Source: Octopus sinensis (Eukaryota). From it: a stretch of 64,000 bases of DNA. A program made the position numbers and the translations under genes. This document shows positions 52,322-64,000 of the stretch, piece by piece. A model generated the notes under the pieces. It saw nothing but the letters and a program-made list of their open reading frames with translations. It was not told the DNA's origin and searched no databases. Within the stretch, counting starts at the first letter, position 1, and every line of letters starts with the position of its first letter. The stretch lies in contig NC_042997.1 of the NCBI RefSeq assembly GCF_006345805.1, positions 33,480,001-33,544,000 on the forward strand, in the 5' to 3' direction.

Positions 52322-52720
52322 TTACTCTTTAACTCTCTTTACTCTTTTACTTGTTTCAGTCATTTGACTGCGGCCATGCTGGAGCACCGCTTTTAGTTGA
52401 GCAAATCGACCCCGGGACTTATTCTTTGTAAGCCCAGTACTTATTCTATCGGTCTCTTTTGCCGAACCGCTAAGTGACGGGGATGTAAACACACCAGCAT
52501 CGGTTGTCAAGCAATGCTAGGGGGACAAACACAAACACACACACACACATATATATATATATACGACAGGCTTCTTTCAGTTTCCGTCTACCAAATCCAC
52601 TCACAAAACTTTGGTCGGCCTGGGGCTATAGCAGAAGACACTTGCCCAAGATGCCACGCAGTGGGACTGAACCCGGAACCATGTGGTTGGTTAGCAAGCT
52701 ACTTACCACACAGCCACTCC
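52322..52720 (-). mobile_element. SINE family A, full length
   Basis: Complete copy. Confidence 0.9.
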
Positions 52721-53817
52721 AGTTCATCATTATTATTTAACATTTGTTTTCCATGCTGGCTTGCACTGGATGCTTTGACAAGAGAGCTGCACCAGGCTCC
52801 AATTTGTCTGTTTTGGCAAGGTTTCTATAGCTGGATGACTCTCCTAATGTCGACCACTTTGCAGAATGTACTGGGTGCTTTTTACATAGCACCAGCATGG
52901 GATTCACTTTTTACTAAATTACTATGGAGACAGAATTTATAACTCAGTGCTACACAAAATAAAGGAACTGACTCAATTTACAAATGTATTGTAAGATGGA
53001 CTAGAATATCTGAGAGGTTACTATTCCTATCTTGCAGGTGAAATTTCTCTTAACCAGTCAAATGCCTGAACAACTGGGATGATGACAATAATAGGTTTGA
53101 GAAGCTCCATGGCAACTTCTGGTAATAAGCAATGACTAAAAAAAAATTATTTCAATAAATGAATAGATTTGAAATTGGTTCAAACTATATGCTCCACTCT
53201 TCTTCATCATCATCACCATCATTTAATGTTCTTTGTGCATGCTAGCATGAGTTGGACGGTTTGACCAGGGCTGGTAAGCTGAGGGCTTCACCAGATTCCA
53301 GTCTGATTTGGCATGGTTTCTATAGCTGGATGCCCTTCCTGACATTGTGTCAAAACTGAATCTTATGGATTCAATCTTGACACAGCAAACAAACAAACTA
53401 TTTCACTGTTTCTATTTAATTTAACATTCTACCACTGAGCCATTTTTTTTCTAATCATTACATTCACCTCCTTTATTAGGCAGGTGTAAAGAGTGAGAAA
53501 GTGGAGAAAGATTAATGCTTTATCTAGAGCAGAGATCAATGCAAGTTATGGAATACAAATGGCTTTGCCACTGACAAACCAATGCCATAACTCTTCAGGC
53601 ATTGCAACCTGTCAGATTATAATAGCGATCTCTTTAACTTTGTTGTTGTTATAACAGATGCATAGTTAGTGCAAAGTGTTAAGCTAAATGTCTTACAATA
53701 AATAGTTTCATTCTTTCAAATTCTTAGTTCAAATAACATCAGGATCGGTTTTATCTTTCATCTCTCCTTAACAAACAAAATAAGTCTTGAGCTCATTCCC
53801 CCAGAATGTCAGGTTCT

Positions 53818-54312
53818 TCATCATCATCATCATTGTTTAACGTCCGTTTTCCATGCTAGCATGGGTTGGACGGTTCAACTGGGGATCTGGGAAGCCAGAA
53901 GGCTTCACCAGGCTCCAGTCTGATCTGGCAGTGTTTCTACGGCTGGATGCCCTTCCTAACGCCAACCACTCCGTGAGTGTAGTGGGTGCTTTTTACGTGC
54001 CACCTGCACAGGTGCCAAACGAGGCTGGCAACAGCCACAATCGGAGGGTGCATTTTATGTGCCACCGGCACGGAGGTCAGTCAGGGCGGCGCTGGCAATG
54101 GCCACGTTCAGATGGTTCTCTTACGCGCCATCAGCACTGGTATCACAGCTACAATTTCCATTGATGTTGATCGATTTCGATTTTCATTTTCACTTGCCTC
54201 AACAGGTCTTCACAAGTAGGGTTTGTGTCACAAGAAGGAAAGGTATGCATAGGTGGGCTGGCTACATCCCAGGTAGAGGCCACGGGTTATGGTCTCACTT
54301 GTCCTGCTAGGT
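53818..54312 (-). mobile_element. Family D retroposon (further 3' fragments near 52020, 52735, 53215, 54960, 55525, 56335)
   Basis: Reverse complement of the family D sequence. Confidence 0.8.
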
Positions 54313-54491
54313 CTTCCCAGAGATGACAAAAGATCAAGAGGAGTAACAGTACATGTACAGCATACTTATTCAGCTCTTGTCATCAACAAAGATTAACATT
54401 AAGGTGAATGATATAACCAAGTACAGCATGTAAGCCATGTGTTCTTTATTGTAGAACACGGATAAAAATCCTTGTGCTTTTGAAAACTTAC

Positions 54492-54575
54492 CTCATGAGC
54501 TAGCATTGTATAAAGTTCTTGTTTGGTAATTGATAACCGTTCTCGATCACAGCTGTCCACAACAAGAATCACAAA
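54492..54575 (-). CDS. ARL5: ARL5 coding exon (equivalent to exon 4), [28 protein letters not shown]
   Basis: 84 bp, phase 0/0, polypyrimidine+CAG acceptor and GTAAGT donor; in frame with the previous exon. Confidence 0.96.
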
Positions 54576-55923
54576 CTGCAGAAAAAGGGAGAGAGAGATG
54601 TTAAAAAGACAAAAAAAAAACAAACATAATGAATCAGTCATAAACTGTAACTGACTGGGTTATTGGTGCACAACCGAATGCTTCATTTTCCATCTCACGA
54701 TTCCTGGTTAATTTGAACAATTATACATTGTCATTTTTATCGTAAGATGCTGCCTTACTACTAAAGATCCTCCCCCCCAGTTGCCAACATACTCCCCCTA
54801 TCCTCTCCTCCTACCATCCCTCATCCTTCTACCTAGGTTTATCTGCCCACTCTCTCTTCTGTTTCTCTTTAGTTAAAGGAACTACCTTAGGACCTTAGCC
54901 TTGTAAGTCACAGGGTAGTCATCACTAGCGCTGGTGCGTCCACCACACAAAATAAAGCATCCAGAATGCTCTGAAGAAATAGTTGGCATTAGGAAAAAGG
55001 CATCTAACCATAGAAGCCATACTAAAGCAGATATGGGTGCATGACTGTCCACTGACCAGGCCAACCATTCCACTCATGCCAACAGGTAAGGTGGACATTA
55101 AATGATGATGATGACTCAACAGGAACATATGAGTGGAACTTGTGATTAGCTAAGCAGGTGGTGACAATGCTACTGTAGAGAACTGATCTCATGTTGGTTC
55201 TGACAAACAAGGAAGTACCAACCTATTGCATTATAAGTGGCTGAGTATCCCACAGACACCTGCACTATTAATACAATCTTCCAGTAAAATCTCAGCAGGA
55301 CACTCTGTGTCAAAAGGCTGGCCTTTCAAATTACAAATACTGGCCATATGACAAGCTTCCATGCAGTTTCCATCCACCCAATTTCCCTCACAAGACCTAA
55401 ATCATCCTATAGCTAAGCTACAAAACACTTACCCAATGCATCTTGCAGTGAAATTGAACCCAAAACTTAGTGGTTGAGAAGCCAACATCATAACCACTCA
55501 GCCAAGTGCTCATAAGGTTCTGTATCATCATCATCATTTAACGTCCGCTTTCCATGCTGGCATGGGTTGGACGGTTCAACTGGGGTCTGGGAAGCCAAAA
55601 GGCTGCACCAGGCCCAGTCTGGGCAGTGTTTTTACAGCTGGATGCCCTTCCTAACGCCAACCACTCCGTCTGTATGTAGTAAGGTTTATTTTAATTACAC
55701 AGCTAATGTTCCCTAGACAATAATTAAAATTTAAAATTAAATGCAATATCAATAAAAAGTAAATTTTAAATATTGTAAAAGAATATAAAGAGTCAGCTTA
55801 GATGCTGGATTGACTATTGCTGAGCATCACAGGAACTGAATGAACATCTCAAGCCTTATGAGTCACAATCGACTTGTATGTTGTGTTCTCTCAATCAATC
55901 TAAAAAACATAGGAGTCTAAATA

Positions 55924-56319
55924 TCTTTATATATAAAAGTAAGGTTGTGTGCTGTCTGTCTCCTACGATTTAGATTCCTAACTACTCCCACATTTTGCGC
56001 TGCAGTTTAACCAAAACCGGGTATCTTATAGTCGTGATTCATATCGAGCCCTTCTGGGTATTAGCGTGCGTCTATGATGAGTCTACGATTTTAAAAAGAA
56101 TTTACCATCAATTTTTCCCATTTTTAATGCATTTTTGGCATATATACGGGAAGTAACTCTCTAAAAATTTATTATTAAATCTCAGAACGTAAAAAGCTAC
56201 AGTAACACCCCACCTTTGTGGTTAGCCATATTGAGATGGCTATTATACTTTACATCTGTAAAAATGCTTATATAGTTATTTCCCTTACAAACCCGAACAA
56301 CGCCGGGCGATACTGCTAG
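55924..56319 (+). mobile_element. Non-autonomous Helitron
   Basis: A|TC start (TCTTTATATATAAAAG), subterminal hairpin CCCGAACAACGCCGGG at 56292-56307, CTAG|T end, no TSD. Confidence 0.85.
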
Positions 56320-56850
56320 TCAATAATAAAGCTGGTGCCATGTAAAAAGCTCTCAGTACATTCTGTAAAGTGGTTGGCATTAAAAAGGGCATCCAGCTAT
56401 AGAAACCATGCCAATGCTGACAGCAGAGCTTGGCATAGTTCTCTGGTTTGTCAGTTCCTGTCAAACCATCCAGCCTATGCCAGCATGGGAAAAAGACATA
56501 TGATGATGATGATGATATCAGAACTGAAATGAGAGTCGGCACCTGAATTGGTGACACAATAAAGTGAGGAATTAAAACTGGAGTCAGTGATGAAGGTTTT
56601 GTATACGGACTCCACAGCCCTACCCAGAACCACAATGCTATGAAATAAGCTTAGCTATACAGCCATGCCTAACAATTTGGGAATATATAGAACTTACCAA
56701 CTCCATGGATGTTATGAAAAAGTTTAAAAAAAAGAGAAAAAAAAGCTAAATGGTAATTTAGCAAACCCATCACACTGAAGTAATCAAGTTGTACAAATTA
56801 ATAGTGATGTTGATGCTAATATAATTAAAATTGTGTGTGAAAATCCATAC

Positions 56851-56998
56851 CTCAGCATTTGTGTAATAAGTGTTCCAAGCAGAACGTAAAGATTCTTGAC
56901 CACCAATATCCCACATTAGAAAACGGATATTTTTCCATATCACTTCTTCCACATTGCTCCCAATTGTTGGAGATGTGTGAACCACTTCATTCATCAGA
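56851..56998 (-). CDS. ARL5: ARL5 coding exon (equivalent to exon 3), [49 protein letters not shown]
   Basis: Arf-family switch I PTIG and G3 WDIGGQ motifs with ARL5-specific context ([17 protein letters not shown]); AG acceptor at 56999-57000 and GT donor at 56849-56850 on minus strand; 148 bp. Confidence 0.96.
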
Positions 56999-57119
56999 CT
57001 AAAAGAAAGGAAAGAAAAAAAATTAATTAATTATATTTGTTGATGTTATTATTCACGATATCAATCATAGAAAGTTTTCTGTTTAAACTTAAAGCAAAAA
57101 CTACAGCTCCTCATATATA

Positions 57120-57330
57120 TTTCTTTACTACCCACAAGGAGCTAAACAAGGACAGACAAAGGGATTAAGTCGATTACATCGACCCCAGTGCGTAACTGGT
57201 ACTTAATTTATCGACCCCGAAAGGGTGAAAGGCAAAGTCGACCTCGGCGGAATTTGAACTCAGAACGTAACGGCAGACGAAATACGGCTACGAATTTCGC
57301 CCGGTGTGCTAACGTTTCTGCCAGCTCGCC
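57120..57330 (-). mobile_element. SINE family B
   Basis: Complete copy just upstream of the ARL5 exon acceptor. Confidence 0.85.
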
Positions 57331-57360
57331 TCATATAGTTGCCTTATACAGTTTGTATAA

Positions 57361-57922
57361 CCCTTTAGCATTTTAAATCAGCCCAAATATTCTACTAGTT
57401 ATATGTTCAAACTGGCCAGATTCAGCCTCTCTGGCCAGATTTCACTCTTTAGAATTTAATCCAGCCATATCCAGCCTGAATATTCTTCCTGTTTTGTATA
57501 AAAACTGACCATATCCAACCTTTCACACCTACCCTACAATGTCATTCTGAAAATATACAAACCCACAATTGAAATTTTGAAACTAGAAGATAATGTATAA
57601 TTAATTCAAAACAATGTAAATAGAGAAATCCCAATTGGTAATATAAGAGTAAATAATTTCTTCGATGGTTTTTCAAAAAAACCAACAATTATTTACTGGT
57701 AGATTTCGGTATGTAAATATAACCATTAGCAGCAGGAACTTCTGTGAAGTTCAGTATATATTGTATATAAGTAGAAGGGGCAGGCAACAGGTTGCTTAGC
57801 CGCATACCGAAAGAAATTAGAAATAGCAGTCGGAGGCTGTTTATTTCTATTTTCTACAAGTGGGGCTCCATATACGACATAACCCTGCAATTAACATAAG
57901 CAAAACACTGAATGCTAAAGGG
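57361..57922 (+). mobile_element. piggyBac-type MITE (family 1) with an insertion at about 57622-57895
   Basis: TAACCCTTTAGCATT start, partly duplicated body, GCTAAAGGGTTAA end. Confidence 0.7.
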
Positions 57923-58499
57923 TTAAAGGTCAGAAACAATGGAGAGAAATTCTAAATATTGAATAGGATAGCCAAGACAATCTATTGCAGTTCTTTTTTT
58001 CTTCTTCTTTTTTTGAAATTTGAACACAGCTGTTTGATCCTTCAAAACACTCTTCGATTATGTAAAACTCTAAGGTTAGTAAAGTGACAAGAGCTGTAAA
58101 GTGTAGAGCAAAGTATCTCATAGTAATGTCATGTCCTGAACTCATGTCAAATCAAGATTAATTTGTCTTCTAATCTTCTGAAGGTTCATCAAACAAGAGC
58201 CAGGTGTGTAAAATAGTCAATACAATCGATTTCTATCAGCTGAAAGCACAAAATAGTTGACTATAATTATACACTGCTCAAGCTGTTGCTTACAGCTGCA
58301 ATCAGCTGTACCTCCCTCAATATAGCTTTTGAGCCTTGGCTGACTGAGTCAACAAGAATGCAGAACTGTCACTAGAGACAATGCAGCAACACAGGAACTG
58401 GGATAAAGAACTTCATTATGTAAGTTGATAGCTACCTCATTGAATCATCCAGTTAGAACAAATACCAATAATTTCAGTTTTTAGTTTAAAGACAAAATA

Positions 58500-59981
58500 C
58501 AGGGTGACATAAAAGTTCTGTTACATTTTTTTGAAGTTCTTAGTTTAACATAAAAAAAAGTGGCAATTTTATCATTTTATATTGGTTTAAAGATTTTGTC
58601 TTCTTTCAGGTTCTGAAACTCATCTTTAAGATATAGTTTTGTCCAAAATTAGAATGGAACAAGAATGATCTGCTGTAGTTGAGCTACATCAAGCAGGCAA
58701 GTTGCCATCAGAAATTTTGAATCTTCTAAATTGGCTGAAAATGAAGCGAATGTCCATCTATCAAACCATCAATCGATTTAGAAGATCAAGGTCATGCGAG
58801 AACAGGACATCCCAGGCCAGTCAGGACTTCCAGGCTCTAGAAAATCCTCAGTTCCAGAGTTCACAGAAATCCAAGGTGCTCCATGAGAAAGATGGCTGCT
58901 GAGCTGGGAGAGAATGTTTGAGGTGAGTTGTCAAAAGCGACTTGGTTCATTGAAATGCCGAAAAGTTCACGGCCTAACAACAGCTTCAAAGGGAAAGGGA
59001 CTCGCAAGGAGTCGTGCTCTGCTTGAGAGGCTCAATACTCATGGCATGGACAATGTGCTCTTCACAGACAAGAAGCTGTTCACAATTGAAGAAGCTCAAA
59101 ACAGCCAAAATGACAGGGTCCTTGCGGAAAACACTGAGTTATGTCTAGGGTTATATCTACCACACGCAAAAACCCTTATCTGCGATGGCTTGGGCTGGAG
59201 TATCTTCGACAGGGAAAACTCTACTTGTTTTTATTCCTGAATAAGTCAAAATCAAGGCTGCAAGCTATGATGAACTCATTCCTGAGCCTGTGGCGAAACA
59301 TTTGAGCCAAGAATTGTTCAACAGTGGCCCCTTTCTTTTCCAGCAGGATGGAGTATCTGCCCACAATGTCAACAGGACTCAGTGGTGGCTTAGTGACAAT
59401 GTCCCAGATTACTTGTCCAAGGAAGAACGGCCTCTCTCAAGCTCAGACTTCAACCCAATGGACTTTAGCATTTGGTTCATCTTGGAGACTAATGCTTGTG
59501 CTAAATCTCATTGTTTAGTAATGGCTTTGAAGAGGTCTCTGTAGCATGAATGGAATGAAATACCACTAGAAGTCTTGCAAGCCACTTGGTAAACTTAAGG
59601 CTGTAATAAAGAAATGAGGTGAATTTATTGTATAATTTTTTGGTGTAGCATTGCTGAAAATGTTAAAAACTAGTGTGCAAGTTTTCAAGTAAATTGGTTC
59701 AGATTTGGCTGAAATATATTATTTAACCATTTAGTGTTCAGATTACTCTGTTAAATGTAATACTTATTCACTCAAATTGTTTTGAATTAATCATGCATTA
59801 TCTTATAGCTTTGAGGCTTCAGTGATGTGATTGTTTATTTTTAGAATGGCATTGTAGGTTAGGTGTGAGAGGCTGGATGTGGCCACTTTGAATATAAAAC
59901 ATGTGGAATATATTGGGCCGGATAGGGCCAGTTTAAACACTAAAGGGTTAACCTTTGTAATGGTACTTTTGGGATACCCTA
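58500..59981 (+). mobile_element. maT/DD37D-type Tc1-mariner transposon, degraded
   Basis: TA-flanked imperfect TIRs CAGGGTGACATAAAAGTTCTGTTACA / TGTAATGGTACTTTTGGGATACCCTA; fragments VLFTDKKLFTIEEAQNSQNDRV and FQQDG...DFNPMDFSIW with 37 aa between the two Asp. Confidence 0.88.
59727..59947 (-). mobile_element. piggyBac-type MITE (family 1) nested in the maT element
   Basis: TTAA flanks, same internal sequence as the other copies. Confidence 0.85.
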
Positions 59982-60511
59982 TATAGTAAGAGACCTAAAA
60001 CGGAATTGCTTTTTTTTTTTTTTTTTTTAATGCTTTTAACTACAATGACTCAGGAGCTATTTCTTTAAACCACGCAACTCTGTTGATTTGCCTAATTTTA
60101 TTTTTCTTTATCTGATTTAGACGAACAGGTTTATTATTTCAGAAGTGCATGTATAAATTACATTTGGAAATAATGTAAACACTTCACTTCCATCAATGCT
60201 CTAAAAATTGATGATAAAAAGCAATGCTCTCTAAAAAGAATTAATTATTATAGTGGCTGATTAATTAGGTCAAAAATACTTCATGCATGTGAGAGTTTGC
60301 ATGTGATCCCCTTCTCTTCAGCTGATACCATCTTGTTAAATCAAACCAGTTATATTCAAGGTAGACTGAAAGTCACTAGGTTAGGTAAATATTAAATCAA
60401 ACAGAGTGTTTGGCTTTCGTTGCCCCTACCCTTCATTACAAAATTTTTCCACATTAAGAACCCACGTTTCTCTGTCACAAAGTATCATGTTCCAAATGTA
60501 TGTATGTTTAA

Positions 60512-60732
60512 CCCTTTAGCATTTAAACCGGCCATATCCGGCCAAAAGTATTCTGCCTGTTTTATGCTCAAACTGGCCAGATCTGGTCTCTCACGTCAAC
60601 CCTACAATATCGTTTTAAAAGTTAACAGTTACCTCATCAAAATCTCATAGCTACAAGATAATGCATGATTAGTTCAAGGCAATGTGGATGAAAAAGCATT
60701 AATTGTGGCAGAATAATGCGAACACTAAAGGG
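60512..60732 (+). mobile_element. piggyBac-type MITE (family 1)
   Basis: TTAA TSD and CCCTTTAG TIRs. Confidence 0.85.
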
Positions 60733-61279
60733 TTAAAACAGCCTGCTTTTTGTATAGAGAAAGAAACCCTCTGTTGACAATAGAAGCAACAACTCTCTGG
60801 ACTTCTTCCAACTCTTTCATATTCTAGCAACTGCACTTTCACTACAACCACCTTCTGTATTAAATTTATCACACAGTCACATCAGACATGTCTACACAGA
60901 CACACACATCATATATATATATATATAGGGGTGGACAAAAATAGGTATACAGTTACTTAATAGGAGTGAAATGGAGAAATGTTCTTTTCATTTCTCTTTC
61001 TTTTTTAGGATAAGAGTTCTATGATTCTATGTTCTTTTTAACTAAATTTCCCCATTTTGCATTTTATTATGGCTTTAGTTCACTCTAAATTCTAGAAGAT
61101 ACTAACTTACAGGCCATCCACATGAATTCTCTTAAAAACATGATGGTCTGCCTACAATTCACATCTCTATAACATTAAGTATATATTTTCTCATTTCTTT
61201 GTCCCTCTCTTATTTCTTTCCTTTACTCTCTCTTTCTCTCTCTCTCTCTCACAAACTTTGTCCTCTCATTTCTTTCCTT

Positions 61280-61325
<46 letters not shown>

Positions 61326-62044
61326 TACACACACACACACAAACTTGCTCTATCTCTTGCTCAGCCACAGCAAAAGTATCCCATCTACAAATTCTGGTCA
61401 CTCCAAAATCCTAATCTTCAGAAACATACAACAGTATATCTCTCATCTACACACTTCATAGACCATCATACCATAACATGGAGCACCATCTATTTTCAAC
61501 ATTGCTGAATCTCCCAGTTACTATCACTTTCAGTTGCAACATTTAAACAAACTTTGTCGTCTCAAATTTCTCTCCTTCCTCTGAAACACCAGCTTGGTAT
61601 TCATTAGTTAGACATGCCGGTAATTTGCTCTCCTATGTCATTCACTAAACTTCGTTAAAAGCAATACCATCATGTCTGGCATACAACCTCCTAACTAAAT
61701 TGCCTACCTGTAGGCTCCATCTGTCACATCTGTTAGAACTGATGCTTCCAGTTTAACACAGTATTACCATACCATGTGCTGAATGGGTTCCCTCTAATCT
61801 GGCATGCCTCAAGTTTTAATAAAGTTACTTACAGTCTTCTTTCTGGCTACAATTCTAGCAACACACACACACATGTGATACCACTCTTCAGTCTACCTTA
61901 ACTTTCTATACACAAGTGTTATTCATGTCCAACTTAAACCCCGAGCATTCTATACAAATTCAAGAGATCATGGAACCTCCTTCCAATAGTGACAACAACT
62001 TAGTCACATTCAACATCACAGTGACACAGTACTACATATATTAA

Positions 62045-62264
62045 CCCTTTAGCATTCAGATTATTCTGTCAAATATAATATTTATTCATCCATATTGTTT
62101 TAAGCTAATCATGCAATTATTTCGTAGCTTTAAGATTTCGATGATGTTATCACCTGCTTTTAGATTGACATTATAGGTTGGTGTGAGATACCAAATCTGG
62201 GCAGTTTTAACAGAAAACAGGTAGATTATTTGGGCCAGATATGGCCGGTTTAAACACTTAAGGG
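62045..62264 (-). mobile_element. piggyBac-type MITE (family 1)
   Basis: TTAA TSD and TIRs. Confidence 0.85.
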
Positions 62265-63055
62265 TTAAAGACAAAATCTCATACATCACACTTTTTAGCC
62301 ATGAATAACATGTGCACTAAAATCCTCAAAGCCAACACATGCTCATTGATCTTTCATGATAACCTTGCAAATATAACATTACCAGAACGTAACCCTCTTC
62401 TCATTATACGAGACCATCCTCTGCTCCTTTGAATTATGTAGCTGCATAACCTATTAACATAGATTCACAACCCTTCTCCGGATATTGCCTCACCGAGTTG
62501 CACCTCTTCAGCTCTGCACAGAACACTTAACCCAATTTTTCTTGGGTTAAGTGTTCTGTGTCCTCTAGGAATCCCACAAACACACACACAGGCCACATTA
62601 TTCTAGTATTATTCTTAAAGATGTCAGAACTGAACATTAACTAGACTGATCTTACCAATCTGAAGGAATTTTCAATGGCCTAAGTTCTAACTTCTAAAGA
62701 AAAATCAACTGAATCTCAACTCATATTCAATCCAGGTATTTAACCAGGTGCATAGAAACATGGTAGAAAGGAACAAAAGTAAATACCATTAGGCATGTGA
62801 TACATGTCATTTTATCTCTTTATTAATAATGCCTTCATTAATATAATGCAATTCTATTCCACAATTCTCTGAAAGAAAAACACCCACAATCAAACAACGA
62901 ATTTCTTTCTCACAAAATTTTTATCAAAAAGCGAAAGTAGTTTCTTAGCATATTCTTTGGTAAGTGCATTTGCATCTGTCCTTCCACCCAAAGTCTCTCT
63001 CTATACACACACCTCTCTAAATACATTCATGTTCTCTCTCTCTCTCTCTCTCTCT

Positions 63056-63092
<37 letters not shown>

Positions 63093-63476
63093 TTCAGATC
63101 TTTTTTATTTTTATTTTTCGCAAGCCCAAAAGTTCCAATAACCAAGTTAAACATTAAGCTTTATCAACCACATTAATTTTGTCTTCTTTCTTCCTTTTTT
63201 TCCTTTCTTTATTATATTTATTAGAGTATAGAAGAGTCAACTGTTCTTATCTACATGACTCCAAAATGAAATCATAAAGGCTTATCCTCTCAGATTATCC
63301 ATCATTATCAGGTTTTATCATGGTTCTGTTCCTTCATCTTTCTGCCGCCACAATCCACATTTCGGGAATGCACAAGTTTCTATATACACCCATACAAATG
63401 CCAATATCACTATATGCTTCTACAGAAACAGAATTTTAAAAAAATAGTGGGAAATAATCACAAATGTATTCTCCTA

Positions 63477-63660
63477 GGCGTAGGAGTGGCTGTGTGGTAA
63501 GTACTTTGCTTACCAACCACATGGTTCCAGGTTCAGTCCCACTGCGTGGCATCTTGGGCAAGTGTCTTCTGCTATAGCCCGGGCCAACCAATGCCTTGTG
63601 AGTGGATTTGGTAGACGGAAGCTGAAAGAAGCCTGTCGTATATATGTATATGTATATATG

Positions 63661-63710
<50 letters not shown>

Positions 63711-63935
63711 CGTGTATGTTTGTGTGTCTGTGTCTGTCCCCCTAGCATTGCTTGACAACCGATGCTGGTGTGTTTACGTCCCCGTCACTTAGCGGTTCGG
63801 CAAAAGAGACCGATAGAATAAGTACTGGGCTTACAAAAAGAATAAGTCCTGGGGGGTCGATTTGCTCGACTAAAGGCGGAGCTCCAGCATGGCCGCAGTC
63901 AAATGACTGAAACAAGTAAAAGAGTAAAAGAGAAA
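63477..63935 (+). mobile_element. SINE family A, full length
   Basis: Complete copy. Confidence 0.9.
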
Positions 63936-64000
63936 AAAGAGTGTCAAAATAAGTTGGGAAGACACAGAGAGGAAACAACCAAGGTTATGTTGCTTTGTAT

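Noticed and set aside
61111-61151. 41-nt segment with AG/GTAAGT on minus strand as possible ARL5 exon 2
   Set aside because: Does not encode the expected P-loop GLDNAGKT, wrong length and weak acceptor; exons 1-2 appear to be outside the window

Overview
Eukaryotic, AT-rich, microsatellite-saturated genomic DNA, most likely from an octopus or other coleoid cephalopod (inferred from the SINE families and repeat landscape, not from a database hit). Nearly all ORF-track entries are translated (CATA)n/(TA)n/(CA)n repeats or SINEs. One host gene is clearly supported: an ARL5 (ADP-ribosylation factor-like 5) orthologue on the minus strand, with four GT-AG coding exons (56851-56998, 54492-54575, 46400-46551, 41245-41293); its first two exons lie beyond the right edge. 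The rest is mobile DNA: Tc1 (DD34E), maT (DD37D) and mariner remnants, piggyBac-type and Merlin-type MITEs, a non-autonomous Helitron, CR1/RTE/R4-like LINE 3' ends, and several SINE families. Most interesting: (1) type I hammerhead ribozyme motifs inside small foldback elements in AT-rich/(TA)n context (a complete one at 18478-18577, a near-complete one at 7605-7664, plus degenerate ones), suggesting a Penelope-related or retrozyme-like family; (2) RLE-type (R4/Dong-like) LINEs that repeatedly end at (CATA)n, suggesting microsatellite targeting; (3) Merlin-like MITEs with 8-, 9- and 13-bp target duplications, one carrying telomere-type repeats; (4) two microsatellite-bounded tandem duplications. 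Repeat boundaries were read by eye and are approximate.
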